A stretch of DNA of 64,000 nucleotides from Yuukianura sp. NJ FZ-2021 (GCA_046563655.1 CM102287.1:744001-808000); one strand, 5' to 3'. Counted from the stretch's first letter, positions 15,001-28,298 are shown. The notes: generated by a model not told the origin, from the sequence alone. Translations and numbers: made by a program.

Positions 15001-18000
15001 TTGAAACATGAATTTTCATAAATAAAGGTAACAAGATGAGGGACGACACAGCAAGTGAAAGTGGGTTCCTGTAGCCCTTTTTATGAGGATTTCAAAAATA
15101 TAATTTACTTTCTGTTCATTCTCACATTTGCATGTTCATTCTCACAAATTTAAGTCGTTTTGCGTCAAAATGGTGCTCGGCATTCCCCTGGGTGCAGTAT
15201 TCCAACCCCAAACAAAATTCGAGGCGGAGCGATTTATCCCGACTTTTAAGTCCGCCCTATCCAGATTTAATGGCGATCTATCCACACCAATGAAACTTGG
15301 GGTCCTGCAGTACGTTTCATAAGGATTTCAGAAAACTAACTCATTTTCACCCGGCATCGTTCCGCGCGGAGGTTTTTCAAATGTTCTGTTTTGAAACAAA
15401 TTTTCATAAATAAAAGTAACGAGATGAGGGACGATACAGCAAGTGAAAGTGGGTTCCTGTAGCACTTTTTATGAGGATTTCAAAAATGTTGTTGCCTTTT
15501 ACCCAGCATCGTTCCGGAATGCATTCCTTTTGAATTCTCTGCTTTGAAACATGAATTTTCATAAATAAAGGTAACAAGATGAGGGACGATACAGCAAGTG
15601 AAAGTGGGTTCCTGTAGCACTTTTTATGAGGATTTCAAAAATGTTGTTGCCTTTTACCCAGCATCGTTCCGGAATGCATTTCTTTTGAATTCTCTGTTTT
15701 GAAACATGAATTTTCATAAATAAAGGTAACAAGATGAGGGACGACACAGCAAGTGAAAGTGGGTTCCTGTAGCCCTTTTTATGAGGATTTCAAAAATATA
15801 ATTTACTTTCTGTTCATTCTCACATTTGAATGTTCAGTCTCACAAATTTAAGTCGTTTTGCGTCAAAATGGTGCTCGGCATTCCCCTGGGTGCCGTATTC
15901 CAACCCCAGATAAAATTCGAGGCGGAGCGATTTATCCCGACTTTTAAGTCCGCCCTATCCAGATTTAATGGCGATCTATCCACACCAATGAAACTTGGGG
16001 TCCTGCAGTACGTTTCATAAGGATTTCAGAAAACTAACTCATTTTCACCCGGCATCGTTCCGCGCGGAGGTTTTTCGAATGTTTTGTTTTGAAACAAATT
16101 TTCATAAATAAAAGTAACGAGATGAGGGACGACACAGCAAGTGAAAGTGGGTTCCTGTAGCACTTTTTATGAGGATTTCAAAAATGTTGTTGCCTTTTAC
16201 CCAGCATCGTTCCGGAATGCATTTCTTTTGAATTCTCTGTTTTGAAACATGAATTTTCATAAATAAAGGTAACAAGATGAGGGACGACACAGCAAGTGAA
16301 AGTGGGTTCCTGTAGCCCTTTTTATGAGGATTTCAAAAATATAATTTACTTTCTGTTCATTCTCACATTTGCATGTTCATTCTCACAAATTTAAGTCGTT
16401 TTGCGTCAAAATGGTGCTCGGCATTCCCCTGGGTGCAGTATTCCAACCCCAAACAAAATTCGAGGCGGAGCGATTTATCCCGACTTTTAAGTCCGCCCTA
16501 TCCAGATTTAATGGCGATCTATCCACACCAATGAAACTTGGGGTCCTGCAGTACGTTTCATAAGGATTTCAGAAAACTAACTCATTTTCACCCAGCATCG
16601 TTCCGCGCGGAGGTTTTTCGAATGTTCTGTTTTGAAACAAATTTTCATAAATAAAAGTAACGAGATGAGGGACGATACAGCAAGTGAAAGTGGGTTCCTG
16701 TAGCACTTTTTATGAGGATTTCAAAAATGTTGTTGCCTTTTACCCAGCATCGTTCCGGAATGCATTCCTTTTGAATTCTCTGCTTTGAAACATGAATTTT
16801 CATAAATAAAGGTAACAAGATGAGGGACGATACAGCAAGTGAAAGTGGGTTCCTGTAGCACTTTTTATGAGGATTTCAAAAATGTTGTTGCCTTTTACCC
16901 AGCATCGTTCCGGAATGCATTTCTTTTGAATTCTCTGCTTTGAAACATGAATTTTCATAAATAAAGGTAACAAGATGAGGGACGACACAGCAAGTGAAAG
17001 TGGGTTCCTGTAGCCCTTTTTATGAGGATTTCAAAAATATAATTTACTTTCTGTTCATTCTCACATTTGCATGTTCATTCTCACAAATTTAAGTCGTTTT
17101 GCGTCAAAATGGTGCTCGGCATTCCCCTGGGTGCCGTATTCGAACCCCAGACAAAATTCGAGGCGGAGCGATTTATCCCGACTTTTAAGTCCGCCCTATC
17201 CAGATTTAATGGCGATCTATCCACACCAATGAAACTTGGGGTCCTGCAGTACGTTTCATAAGGATTTCAGAAAACTAACTCATTTTCACCCGGCATCGTT
17301 CCGCGCGGAGGTTTTTCGAATGTTCTGTTTTGAAACAAATTTTCATAAATAAAAGTAACGAGATGAGGGACGATACAGCAAGTGAAAGTGGGTTCCTGTA
17401 GCACTTTTTATGAGGATTTCAAAAATGTTGTTGCCTTTTACCCAGCATCGTTCCGGAATGCATTCCTTTTGAATTCTCTGCTTTGAAACATGAATTTTCA
17501 TAAATAAAGGTAACAAGATGAGGGACGATACAGCAAGTGAAAGTGGGTTCCTGTAGCACTTTTTATGAGGATTTCAAAAATGTTGTTGCCTTTTACCCAG
17601 CATCGTTCCGGAATGCATTTCTTTTGAATTCTCTGCTTTGAAACATGAATTTTCATAAATAAAGGTAACAAGATGAGGGACGACACAGCAAGTGAAAGTG
17701 GGTTCCTGTAGCCCTTTTTATGAGGATTTCAAAAATATAATTTACTTTCTGTTCATTCTCACATTTGCATGTTCATTCTCACAAATTTAAGTCGTTTTGC
17801 GTCAAAATGGTGCTCGGCATTCCCCTGATTCCCCTGGGTGCCGTATTCGAACCCCAGACAAAATTCGAGGCGGAGCGATTTATCCCGACTTTTAAGTCCG
17901 CCCTATCCAGATTTAATGGCGATCTATCCACACCAATGAAACTTGGGGTCCTGCAGTACGTTTCATAAGGATTTCAGAAAACTAACTCATTTTCACCCGG

Positions 18001-21000
18001 CATCGTTCCGCGCGGAGGTTTTTCGAATGTTCTGTTTTGAAACAAATTTTCATAAATAAAAGTAACGAGATGAGGGACGATACAGCAAGTGAAAGTGGGT
18101 TCCTGTAGCACTTTTTATGAGGATTTCAAAAATGTAGTTGACTTTTACCCAGCATCGTTCCGGAATGCATTTCTTTTGAATTCTCTGTTTTGAAACATGA
18201 ATTTTCATAAATAAAGGTAACAAGATGAGGGACGACACAGCAAGTGAAAGTGGGTTCCTGTAGCCCTTTTTATGAGGATTTCAAAAATATAATTTACTTT
18301 CTGTTCATTCTCACATTTGCATGTTCATTCTCACAAATTTAAGTCGTTTTGCGTCAAAATGGTGCTCGGCATTCCCCTGGGTGCCGTATTCCAACCCCAG
18401 ACAAAATTCGAGGCGGAGCGATTTATCCCGACTTTTAAGTCCGCCCTATCCAGATTTAATGGCGATCTATCCACACCAATGAAACTTGGGGTCCTGCAGT
18501 ACGTTTCATAAGGATTTCAGAAAACTAACTCATTTTCACCCGGCATCGTTCCGCGCGGAGGTTTTTCGAATGTTCTGTTTTGAAACAAATTTTCATAAAT
18601 AAAAGTAACGAGATGAGGGACGATACAGCAAGTGAAAGTGGGTTCCTGTAGCACTTTTTATGAGGATTTCAAAAATGTTGTTGCCTTTTACCCAGCATCG
18701 TTCCGGAATGCATTTCTTTTGAATTCTCTGCTTTGAAACATGAATTTTCATAAATAAAGGTAACAAGATGAGGGACGACACAGCAAGTGAAAGTGGGTTC
18801 CTGTAGCACTTTTTATGAGGATTTCAAAAATGTAGTTGACTTTTACCCAGCATCGTTCCGGAATGCATTTCTTTTGAATTCTCTGTTTTGAAACATGAAT
18901 TTTCATAAATAAAGGTAACAAGATGAGGGACGACACAGCAAGTGAAAGTGGGTTCCTGTAGCCCTTTTTATGAGGATTTCAAAAATATAATTTACTTTCT
19001 GTTCATTCTCACATTTGAATGTTCATTCTCACAAATTTAAGTCGTTTTGCGTCAAAATGGTGCTCGGCATTCCCCTGGGTGCCGTATTCGAACCCCAGAC
19101 AAAATTCGAGGCGGAGCGATTTATCCCGACTTTTAAGTCCGCCCTATCCAGATTTAATGGCGATCTATCCACACCAATGAAACTTGGGGTCCTGCAGTAC
19201 GTTTCATAAGGATTTCAGAAAACTAACTCATTTTCACCCGGCATCGTTCCGCGCGGAGGTTTTTCGAATGTTCTGTTTTGAAACAAATTTTCATAAATAA
19301 AAGTAACGAGATGAGGGACGATACAGCAAGTGAAAGTGGGTTCCTGTAGCACTTTTTATGAGGATTTCAAAAATGTAGTTGACTTTTACCCAGCATCGTT
19401 CCGGAATGCATTTCTTTTGAATTCTCTGCTTTGAAACATGAATTTTCATAAATAAAGGTAACAAGATGAGGGACGACACAGCAAGTGAAAGTGGGTTCCT
19501 GTAGCACTTTTTATGAGGATTTCAAAAATGTTGTTGCCTTTTACCCAGCATCGTTCCGGAATGCATTTCTTTTGAATTCTCTGTTTTGAAACATGAATTT
19601 TCATAAATAAAGGTAACAAGATGAGGGACGACACAGCAAGTGAAAGTGGGTTCCTGTAGCCCTTTTTATGAGGATTTCAAAAATATAATTTACTTTCTGT
19701 TCATTCTCACATTTGCATGTTCATTCTCACAAATTTAAGTCGTTTTGCGTCAAAATGGTGCTCGGCATTCCCCTGGGTGCCGTATTCCAACCCCAGACAA
19801 AATTCGAGGCGGAGCGATTTATCCCGACTTTTAAGTCCGCCCTATCCAGATTTAATGGCGATCTATCCACACCAATGAAACTTGGGGTCCTGCAGTACGT
19901 TTCATAAGGATTTCAGAAAACTAACTCATTTTCACCCGGCATCGTTCCGCGCGGAGGTTTTTCGAATGTTCTGTTTTGAAACAAATTTTCATAAATAAAA
20001 GTAACGAGATGAGGGACGATACAGCAAGTGAAAGTGGGTTCCTGTAGCACTTTTTATGAGGATTTCAAAAATGTTGTTGCCTTTTACCCAGCATCGTTCC
20101 GGAATGCATTTCTTTTGAATTCTCTGCTTTGAAACATGAATTTTCATAAATAAAGGTAACAAGATGAGGGACGACACAGCAAGTGAAAGTGGGTTCCTGT
20201 AGCACTTTTTATGAGGATTTCAAAAATGTAGTTGACTTTTACCCAGCATCGTTCCGGAATGCATTTCTTTTGAATTCTCTGTTTTGAAACATGAATTTTC
20301 ATAAATAAAGGTAACAAGATGAGGGACGACACAGCAAGTGAAAGTGGGTTCCTGTAGCCCTTTTTATGAGGATTTCAAAAATATAATTTACTTTCTGTTC
20401 ATTCTCACATTTGCATGTTCATTCTCACAAATTTAAGTCGTTTTGCGTCAAAATGGTGCTCGGCATTCCCCTGGGTGCCGTATTCCAACCCCAGACAAAA
20501 TTCGAGGCGGAGCGATTTATCCCGACTTTTAAGTCCGCCCTATCCAGATTTAATGGCGATCTATCCACACCAATGAAACTTGGGGTCCTGCAGTACGTTT
20601 CATAAGGATTTCAGAAAACTAACTCATTTTCACCCGGCATCGTTCCGCGCGGAGGTTTTTCGAATGTTCTGTTTTGAAACAAATTTTCATAAATAAAAGT
20701 AACGAGATGAGGGACGATACAGCAAGTGAAAGTGGGTTCCTGTAGCACTTTTTATGAGGATTTCAAAAATGTTGTTGCCTTTTACCCAGCATCGTTCCGG
20801 AATGCATTTCTTTTGAATTCTCTGCTTTGAAACATGAATTTTCATAAATAAAGGTAACAAGATGAGGGACGACACAGCAAGTGAAAGTGGGTTCCTGTAG
20901 CACTTTTTATGAGGATTTCAAAAATGTAGTTGACTTTTACCCAGCATCGTTCCGGAATGCATTTCTTTTGAATTCTCTGTTTTGAAACATGAATTTTCAT

Positions 21001-24000
21001 AAATAAAGGTAACAAGATGAGGGACGACACAGCAAGTGAAAGTGGGTTCCTGTAGCCCTTTTTATGAGGATTTCAAAAATATAATTTGCTTTCTGTTCAT
21101 TCTCACATTTGAATGTTCATTCTCACAAATTTAAGTCGTTTTGCGTCAAAATGGTGCTCGGCATTCCCCTGGGTGCCGTATTCGAACCCCAGACAAAATT
21201 CGAGGCGGAGCGATTTATCCCGACTTTTAAGTCCGCCCTATCCAGATTTAATGGCGATCTATCCACACCAATGAAACTTGGGGTCCTGCAGTACGTTTCA
21301 TAAGGATTTCAGAAAACTAACTCATTTTCACCCGGCATCGTTCCGCGCGGAGGTTTTTCGAATGTTCTGTTTTGAAACAAATTTTCATAAATAAAAGTAA
21401 CGAGATGAGGGACGATACAGCAAGTGAAAGTGGGTTCCTGTAGCACTTTTTATGAGGATTTCAAAAATGTAGTTGACTTTTACCCAGCATCGTTCCGGAA
21501 TGCATTTCTTTTGAATTCTCTGTTTTGAAACATGAATTTTCATAAATAAAGGTAACAAGATGAGGGACGACACAGCAAGTGAAAGTGGGTTCCTGTAGCC
21601 CTTTTTATGAGGATTTCAAAAATATAATTTACTTTCTGTTCATTCTCACATTTGCATGTTCATTCTCACAAATTTAAGTCGTTTTGCGTCAAAATGGTGC
21701 TCGGCATTCCCCTGGGTGCCGTATTCCAACCCCAGATAAAATTCGAGGCGGAGCGATTTATCCCGACTTTTAAGTCCGCCCTATCCAGATTTAATGGCGA
21801 TCTATCCACACCAATGAAACTTGGGGTCCTGCAGTACGTTTCATAAGGATTTCAGAAAACTAACTCATTTTCACCCGGCATCGTTCCGCGCGGAGGTTTT
21901 TCGAATGTTCTGTTTTGAAACAAATTTTCATAAATAAAAGTAACGAGATGAGGGACGATACAGCAAGTGAAAGTGGGTTCCTGTAGCACTTTTTATGAGG
22001 ATTTCAAAAATGTTGTTGCCTTTTACCCAGCATCGTTCCGGAATGCATTTCTTTTGAATTCTCTGCTTTGAAACATGAATTTTCATAAATAAAGGTAACA
22101 AGATGAGGGACGACACAGCAAGTGAAAGTGGGTTCCTGTAGCACTTTTTATGAGGATTTCAAAAATGTAGTTGACTTTTACCCAGCATCGTTCCGGAATG
22201 CATTTCTTTTGAATTCTCTGTTTTGAAACATGAATTTTCATAAATAAAGGTAACAAGATGAGGGACGACACAGCAAGTGAAAGTGGGTTCCTGTAGCCCT
22301 TTTTATGAGGATTTCAAAAATATAATTTACTTTCTGTTCATTCTCACATTTGAATGTTCATTCTCACAAATTTAAGTCGTTTTGCGTCAAAATGGTGCTC
22401 GGCATTCCCCTGGGTGCCGTATTCGAACCCCAGACAAAATTCGAGGCGGAGCGATTTATCCCGACTTTTAAGTCCGCCCTATCCAGATTTAATGGCGATC
22501 TATCCACACCAATGAAACTTGGGGTCCTGCAGTACGTTTCATAAGGATTTCAGAAAACTAACTCATTTTCACCCGGCATCGTTCCGCGCGGAGGTTTTTC
22601 AAATGTTCTGTTTTGAAACAAATTTTCATAAATAAAAGTAACGAGATGAGGGACGATACAGCAAGTGAAAGTGGGTTCCTGTAGCACTTTTTATGAGGAT
22701 TTCAAAAATGTTGTTGCCTTTTACCCAGCATCGTTCCGGAATGCATTCCTTTTGAATTCTCTGCTTTGAAACATGAATTTTCATAAATAAAGGTAACAAG
22801 ATGAGGGACGATACAGCAAGTGAAAGTGGGTTCCTGTAGCACTTTTTATGAGGATTTCAAAAATGTTGTTGCCTTTTACCCAGCATCGTTCCGGAATGCA
22901 TTTCTTTTGAATTCTCTGCTTTGAAACATGAATTTTCATAAATAAAGGTAACAAGATGAGGGACGACACAGCAAGTGAAAGTGGGTTCCTGTAGCCCTTT
23001 TTATGAGGATTTCAAAAATATAATTTACTTTCTGTTCATTCTCACATTTGCATGTTCATTCTCACAAATTTAAGTCGTTTTGCGTCAAAATGGTGCTCGG
23101 CATTCCCCTGGGTGCCGTATTCCAACCCCAGATAAAATTCGAGGCGGAGCGATTTATCCCGACTTTTAAGTCCGCCCTATCCAGATTTAATGGCGATCTA
23201 TCCACACCAATGAAACTTGGGGTCCTGCAGTACGTTTCATAAGGATTTCAGAAAACTAACTCATTTTCACCCGGCATCGTTCCGCGCGGAGGTTTTTCGA
23301 ATGTTCTGTTTTGAAACAAATTTTCATAAATAAAAGTAACGAGATGAGGGACGATACAGCAAGTGAAAGTGGGTTCCTGTAGCACTTTTTATGAGGATTT
23401 CAAAAATGTTGTTGCCTTTTACCCAGCATCGTTCCGGAATGCATTCCTTTTGAATTCTCTGCTTTGAAACATGAATTTTCATAAATAAAGGTAACAAGAT
23501 GAGGGACGATACAGCAAGTGAAAGTGGGTTCCTGTAGCACTTTTTATGAGGATTTCAAAAATGTTGTTGCCTTTTACCCAGCATCGTTCCGGAATGCATT
23601 TCTTTTGAATTCTCTGTTTTGAAACATGAATTTTCATAAATAAAGGTAACAAGATGAGGGACGACACAGCAAGTGAAAGTGGGTTCCTGTAGCCCTTTTT
23701 ATGAGGATTTCAAAAATATAATTTACTTTCTGTTCATTCTCACATTTGCATGTTCATTCTCACAAATTTAAGTCGTTTTGCGTCAAAATGGTGCTCGGCA
23801 TTCCCCTGATTCCCCTGGGTGCCGTATTCGAACCCCAGACAAAATTCGAGGCGGAGCGATTTATCCCGACTTTTAAGTCCGCCCTATCCAGATTTAATGG
23901 CGATCTATCCACACCAATGAAACTTGGGGTCCTGCAGTACGTTTCATAAGGATTTCAGAAAACTAACTCATTTTCACCCGGCATCGTTCCGCGCGGAGGT

Positions 24001-24838
24001 TTTTCGAATGTTCTGTTTTGAAACAAATTTTCATAAATAAAAGTAACGAGATGAGGGACGATACAGCAAGTGAAAGTGGGTTCCTGTAGCACTTTTTATG
24101 AGGATTTCAAAAATGTAGTTGACTTTTACCCAGCATCGTTCCGGAATGCATTTCTTTTGAATTCTCTGTTTTGAAACATGAATTTTCATAAATAAAGGTA
24201 ACAAGATGAGGGACGACACAGCAAGTGAAAGTGGGTTCCTGTAGCCCTTTTTATGAGGATTTCAAAAATATAATTTACTTTCTGTTCATTCTCACATTTG
24301 CATGTTCATTCTCACAAATTTAAGTCGTTTTGCGTCAAAATGGTGCTCGGCATTCCCCTGCGTGCCGTATTCCAACCCCAAACAAAATTCGAGGCGGAGC
24401 GATTTATCCCGACTTTTAAGTCCGCCCTATCCAGATTTAATGGCGATCTATCCACACCAATGAAACTTGGGGTCCTGCAGTACGTTTCATAAGGATTTCA
24501 GAAAACTAACTCATTTTCACCCGGCATCGTTCCGCGCGGAGGTTTTTCGAATGTTCTGTTTTGAAACAAATTTTCATAAATAAAAGTAACGAGATGAGGG
24601 ACGATACAGCAAGTGAAAGTGGGTTCCTGTAGCACTTTTTATGAGGATTTCAAAAATGTTGTTGCCTTTTACCCAGCATCGTTCCGGAATGCATTCCTTT
24701 TGAATTCTCTGCTTTGAAACATGAATTTTCATAAATAAAGGTAACAAGATGAGGGACGATACAGCAAGTGAAAGTGGGTTCCTGTAGCACTTTTTATGAG
24801 GATTTCAAAAATGTTGTTGCCTTTTACCCAGCATCGTT
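1..24838. repeat. Satellite DNA array, left part; units of 543 bp or 698 bp (543+155), roughly 40 units
   Basis: Near-identical repeats. ORF-track markers recur at 543 (596->1139->1682) or 698 (1682->2380) spacing. An internal 155-bp subrepeat (CCCAGCATCGTTCCGGAATGC...GAGGATTTCAAAAATG) varies in copy number. Confidence 0.98.
24833..24838 (+). other. Left target-site duplication ATCGTT (right copy at 41445-41450)
   Basis: The satellite reads ...CCCAGCATCGTT | element | ATCGTTCCGGAATGC..., whereas the uninterrupted unit is CCCAGCATCGTTCCGGAATGC. Confidence 0.97.
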
Positions 24839-25877
24839 AGTAGTATACACTCTGTGGGCGCTAGTAAAAACAAACTTGACCTGTAGGTCAAAACATGTAA
24901 ACATGACCTACTTTTCGACACCCAACTTTTGTCAGTGCAACTGCACTGACAAAAGTTGCAGACAGTGCAGTTGCACTGTCTGCGAGTAAAAGCAAAAACA
25001 AAAACAAACCTGACCTACAGTTCAAAAATGTAAACAGTGCAGTTGCACTGTCTGCGAGTAAAAGCAAAAACAAAAACAAACCTGACCTACAGTTCAAAAA
25101 TGTAAACATGACCTAGTTGCACTTTCAGAGTGCATGAGAAAATGATGATCTCTTTTTTTCTCCCAATCTTAGTTTAGCCCGTGGAACTGAGATGGGACCT
25201 TTCCATCACAGTTTTACTGGCTAAACCATGCTTTTTGGGAGGTGTGGTTTTTGACAAAGTGAGATGCATCCCCCCACTCCTCATTCCCACCCTGATGTAT
25301 CTTTACACAAAAAGCAGTTCTTCTAAAGTCTAACAAGTCATAGTTTAAAAACAAAAACAAGTTGACGCACGAATAAAAAAAATAATAGAACGCAGGGATT
25401 TAAAACTCAATGTCTAGGCAGGGATTTAAATCCCAATGAGAACGCAGGAAAAAATCCACTGTGGACACGCTGGAGAAAATCCAAAGAGAAACGCAGGATT
25501 TTAATCCACTGTGGACACGCTGGGAAAAAAAACCCAAGGAAACGGTAAGGGAACCCCCTTTTTAGTAAAAGTTGCACGATCAGTCCCCCAGGGGGGGGGG
25601 CTCCCCCTCTCTCACTCTTTTTTTTTTTAGTATTTTTAACAATGTAAAAAAAGAGGAGAAGAAGAATGCTGTTTTTTTTTAAACCTTTTCCAATTTGTTT
25701 TTGAGGAGTCGGGGAGGATGCATCTTACTTTCTCAAAAACCTCCGATTTGTGTCGGGGGATTTTTTGGAAGGATTTGTTTTCTCATACAGTCTAAAGCGA
25801 ATGTGGGTTGGAACTTGCAACTCAAACATTTGAGTGAAGCAGGGTAACATTTTGAAGAAAATCCACTGCTCAGTTGC
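24839..25877 (+). repeat. Left terminal inverted repeat (1039 bp)
   Basis: Reverse complement of 40406-41444 with only a few substitutions and homopolymer differences; identity stops after ...ATCCACTGCTCAGTTGC. Confidence 0.95.
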
Positions 25878-26022
25878 TTCCGAATACTTCACGAAGAAGT
25901 TTCCTCAAACTAAATCTTTTTGAAAACTACTTGTTAACAACTTGAAGTTTGTTGTTCACCATACAAAAAATTGAGACACAACCTTCTGGAAAATTCTTAA
26001 GTTTTTTTTGTGATTAAACAAG

Positions 26023-27684
26023 ATGGAGGGTTTACCAAATGAGGTAAGATAAGTTTTGAGTTTTGAGAATGATGTTTACTAATAACAATTTGTTCCTTGT
26101 GACATTTTGACTATTTTTCAACAGATTTTGGGATTGATTATGAAGAAATTGGACAACAAGGACTTGTGTAGGCTGAGGGAAACATCTCGAAAATTGAAAA
26201 ATGTCGTCGATGGTGTAGCCGCCTTCGATGTTGATATTGTTGGATCTGGTATGAAGATTGATTTAATCCGACCTCACTGGAACCTTAGGATTCGCTCTCT
26301 AACCCTTCGGGGTTTTGAAAGTAATCCAGAGATGGAGGATGTTTCTCAATTTCTGGAGCTGAAGCACATCGAAAAGATTCGTGAAATTGAATTTTTTGAA
26401 GTGCGACATGCCCCAATTATTCGAAAATTTCTGACACGTTGTACGTCGCTAATATCCATAATTTTCAACTACAATCACCAGTATGAGAATTTATTTGAGG
26501 AGAGTGAAAACTTTGCATACGAAACTGTGTTTAAACGATTGAAGAAGTTGAAGTGTTTGAAGATTCGTGGGGAGAATGACACTGACCAACCGCACATACC
26601 AACAATATTTCGGACTGTTACATCGTCCCCTTACAAAATTTCTACACTTCAGCAGTTTAGTTTTGAGGGAAAACTGATGGATGTGGACAACCTTCGTGAC
26701 GTGATAAAATTCTTGAATTTACACTCGGACACCCTCCAAGTTCTTAAAATCGTATGCAGTGGTGTGAAAAAGTTTGTTGAACAGGAAATTTCGGAACTAG
26801 TTTCGATTACAAAGCTGGAAAAGTATCCAAATTTAAAAATTCTAAAAGTGTCATGTGGACCATGGAGATGTACCCAGCCACATGCACGTGTACTTCACCC
26901 ACTTTGGAGTATGTTCTTGACCCTACCGAATTCTTTCGAGGAACTCAAGCATGGGCTGGAATCCATAAATCTTCAGGAAGCAGCCACCATTGTGAAAAAT
27001 TCAATTTCCACACTGAAGAGAATGCGGTTTGAATATCTGGATTATGACCATGGACTCCTTGGAAATTTGGATTGGGTGAAGGATTGTACGTCCTTGTTGA
27101 AGTTGTCACTTCATTTTGAAGGTACAAGTCGTTTGGCGTTTAATCCGGGGTTTGGAATCAGGAATCCGTATTTCACTACAACACTAAACTTGGTTTTACC
27201 ACCTTGTTTGAGGAAGTTGGTGCTCGGTCGTTGTCGTTTGGAAAGAGAACATCTCGTCAATTTGGTGTCAGCTTTACCTAATTTGGATACACTCTGTCTT
27301 TATAAACTTGGCGACAGTTACGACGACACATGCGGAGTGAATGCACATGTGTTTCTTGACATTGTTAAAAAATGCAAGAGTTTAAAGATTTTGAGGTTGG
27401 AAGATATTTCCGGAACCTCGTTTGTTAACAATGACGAAGATGATCGACTGTGGACGGACATAATTTCTGCTGCACGGTACTTGGGCATGGCAAGTGTACA
27501 TCCAACACGAAATCCAAGATCCGTATGCCATTTCACCTTCCCAGACGGTCGGAAAAAACAAGAATTTCTGAAAAAGGTGAAGAGTCTGATTTCAGATTAT
27601 GATAAGGAGGAGAGGAGGAGTCGCATACATGGAAAGCGGCAACGATATTATCCGGAACTCCACAACTTGTACTTTTCGGATTAG
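26023..27684 (+). CDS. F-box/LRR-like protein; two exons (26023-26043, 26125-27684)
   Basis: Exon 1 MEGLPNE, then intron GTAAGA...TACTAAT...CAG (26044-26124, phase 0), joins to give MEGLPNEILGLIMKKLDNKDLCRLRETSRKL, a canonical F-box. It is followed by LxxLxL repeats (LKKLKCLKI, LQVLKI, LKILKV, LRKLVL, LDTLCL, LKILRL). Confidence 0.85.
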
Positions 27685-27764
27685 GATAGTGATTTGGAGA
27701 AAAAATTTGTTAGTTCTACTTTATCACTCGACCAAAGAGGTTCAAATTTAAGAAGAATAAAATT

Positions 27765-28298
27765 ATGGAGTCCGGGCGATACTACCCAAGTGAGAAGGGA
27801 GGGAAGGAGTTAAAGTGTTGGTACACGAGAGACGAATTCAGCTGGCAGAAGAAGGTCACATTCAAGAGAGATGGCTGGCATGCGGAAATCCTCATGAAGG
27901 ACACTCCTTTCATCGTTGAAAAACTAATTCAGTGCTACATTCATGCCGGAAACAGTCCAAAAAACCTTCCAGAATTCAAAAAAATTGTGGGAGAGGCGAA
28001 CATTGACTACTTGAACAAACAGAGGGATTTGAGGTACGCTGGTGAGTCTGCAAAATGTAAGATTCTTCATCGGGTGAAGGAAATGAAGGAAGACAAATGG
28101 AACAAAGATGTTTGGGGAGTTAGGAGATTTGGGGAAGGAGTAGAAGACGAGGAATTTTATGGTTGGCTATGTTCCGAGCATGGTTCAACTTCCGACGACC
28201 TCAACGACTTGTCAACGTTCTCAGTGGATGGCGGGGATTCCAAGAACGAAAACGAAGTTGATGATAGTAAGAGTGAAGAAATTCCAAACTCCAACTGA
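27765..28298 (+). CDS. Hypothetical 177-aa protein with acidic C-terminus
   Basis: ATG-initiated ORF filling the space after the F-box gene; AATAAA downstream at ~28445; no recognisable family. Confidence 0.6.
   Translation: MESGRYYPSEKGGKELKCWYTRDEFSWQKKVTFKRDGWHAEILMKDTPFIVEKLIQCYIHAGNSPKNLPEFKKIVGEANIDYLNKQRDLRYAGESAKCKILHRVKEMKEDKWNKDVWGVRRFGEGVEDEEFYGWLCSEHGSTSDDLNDLSTFSVDGGDSKNENEVDDSKSEEIPNSN

Noticed and set aside
1..24838. CRISPR-like array
   Set aside because: No unique spacers, units are 155-698 bp, no cas genes, and the context is eukaryotic.
24768..25109. 73-aa ORFs at the element ends (also 41174-41395 and 40488-41109)
   Set aside because: Products of TIR repeats and homopolymers; one spans the satellite-TIR junction.
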